64,000 nucleotides of DNA, taken from positions 318,124,280 to 318,188,279 of the forward strand of contig NC_058131.1 of assembly GCF_016433145.1 (NCBI RefSeq), written 5' to 3'. The stretch is from Gracilinanus agilis. Lineage: Eukaryota. Under the pieces are notes generated by a model. The model had not been told where the DNA came from. It did no database searches and saw nothing but the letters and a program-made list of their open reading frames with translations. Below, one piece after another: positions 63,686 to 64,000 of this stretch. A program made the position numbers and the translations under genes. Numbering within the stretch: position 1 is the first letter of the stretch; each line of letters starts with the position of its first letter.

Positions 63686-64000
63686 GTGAGTGGGTAATTC
63701 AAAATAGTTGAAGGGAAAGGATTGAAGAGTCTTGCCAAATTGCACAAGTGTAAATAGTGGGTGGTAAGAAAGATCATCTTATTTGTGTCGTTCTCAGAAC
63801 AAAGTTTGGCAATAATAATCCTTCACACACAAGACAGGTGATGATTAGAACTCAGTATTAATGTTCTACAGATTAGTGGGAGGGTAGAGATTTGAATCTG
63901 AGGTGTTGGTATGAATATACCGTTTCTGCCACAGGAAGTAAAAGTGTCCTTTGGGGTAATATTTATCAGATTACTTCAGAAAAAAAATCACAGTTGGCAC

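Overview
This is mammalian genomic DNA. The repeat content (SINE1_Mdo-like SINEs, a marsupial-type L1 with a long inter-ORF spacer, RTE, L2 and MIR relics) points to a didelphid marsupial, probably Monodelphis domestica. The + strand carries the last nine coding exons of SCAI (suppressor of cancer cell invasion). They total 960 nt, encode 319 aa plus stop (VKFSELTVDMF...FENTIDDY*), have AG/GT boundaries and phases that splice in frame. A repeat-poor 3' UTR of about 9.3 kb follows, ending at AATAAA signals near 59.8-59.9 kb. A CpG-island promoter at about 61.7-62.7 kb belongs to the next + strand gene, probably GOLGA1 by recalled human synteny; none of its coding sequence is in the window. The introns hold an L1 with its endonuclease and RT domains deleted, several LTR/ERV remnants, four hAT MITEs with recognisable TIRs and TSDs, many SINEs and two assembly gaps. 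There is no prokaryotic-type system, and most ORFs in the supplied track are spurious. The best leads are: (1) a short repeat-free SCAI intron (13302-13870) with a candidate 36-nt poison or 30-nt in-frame cassette exon, plus a 16-nt microexon candidate looped out by a long hairpin; (2) the EN/RT-deleted L1; (3) GASE/UPRE and CLEAR-like motifs in the downstream promoter; (4) young hAT MITEs. All were read by eye. Repeat names and boundaries are approximate, and family assignments come from memory, not a database search.
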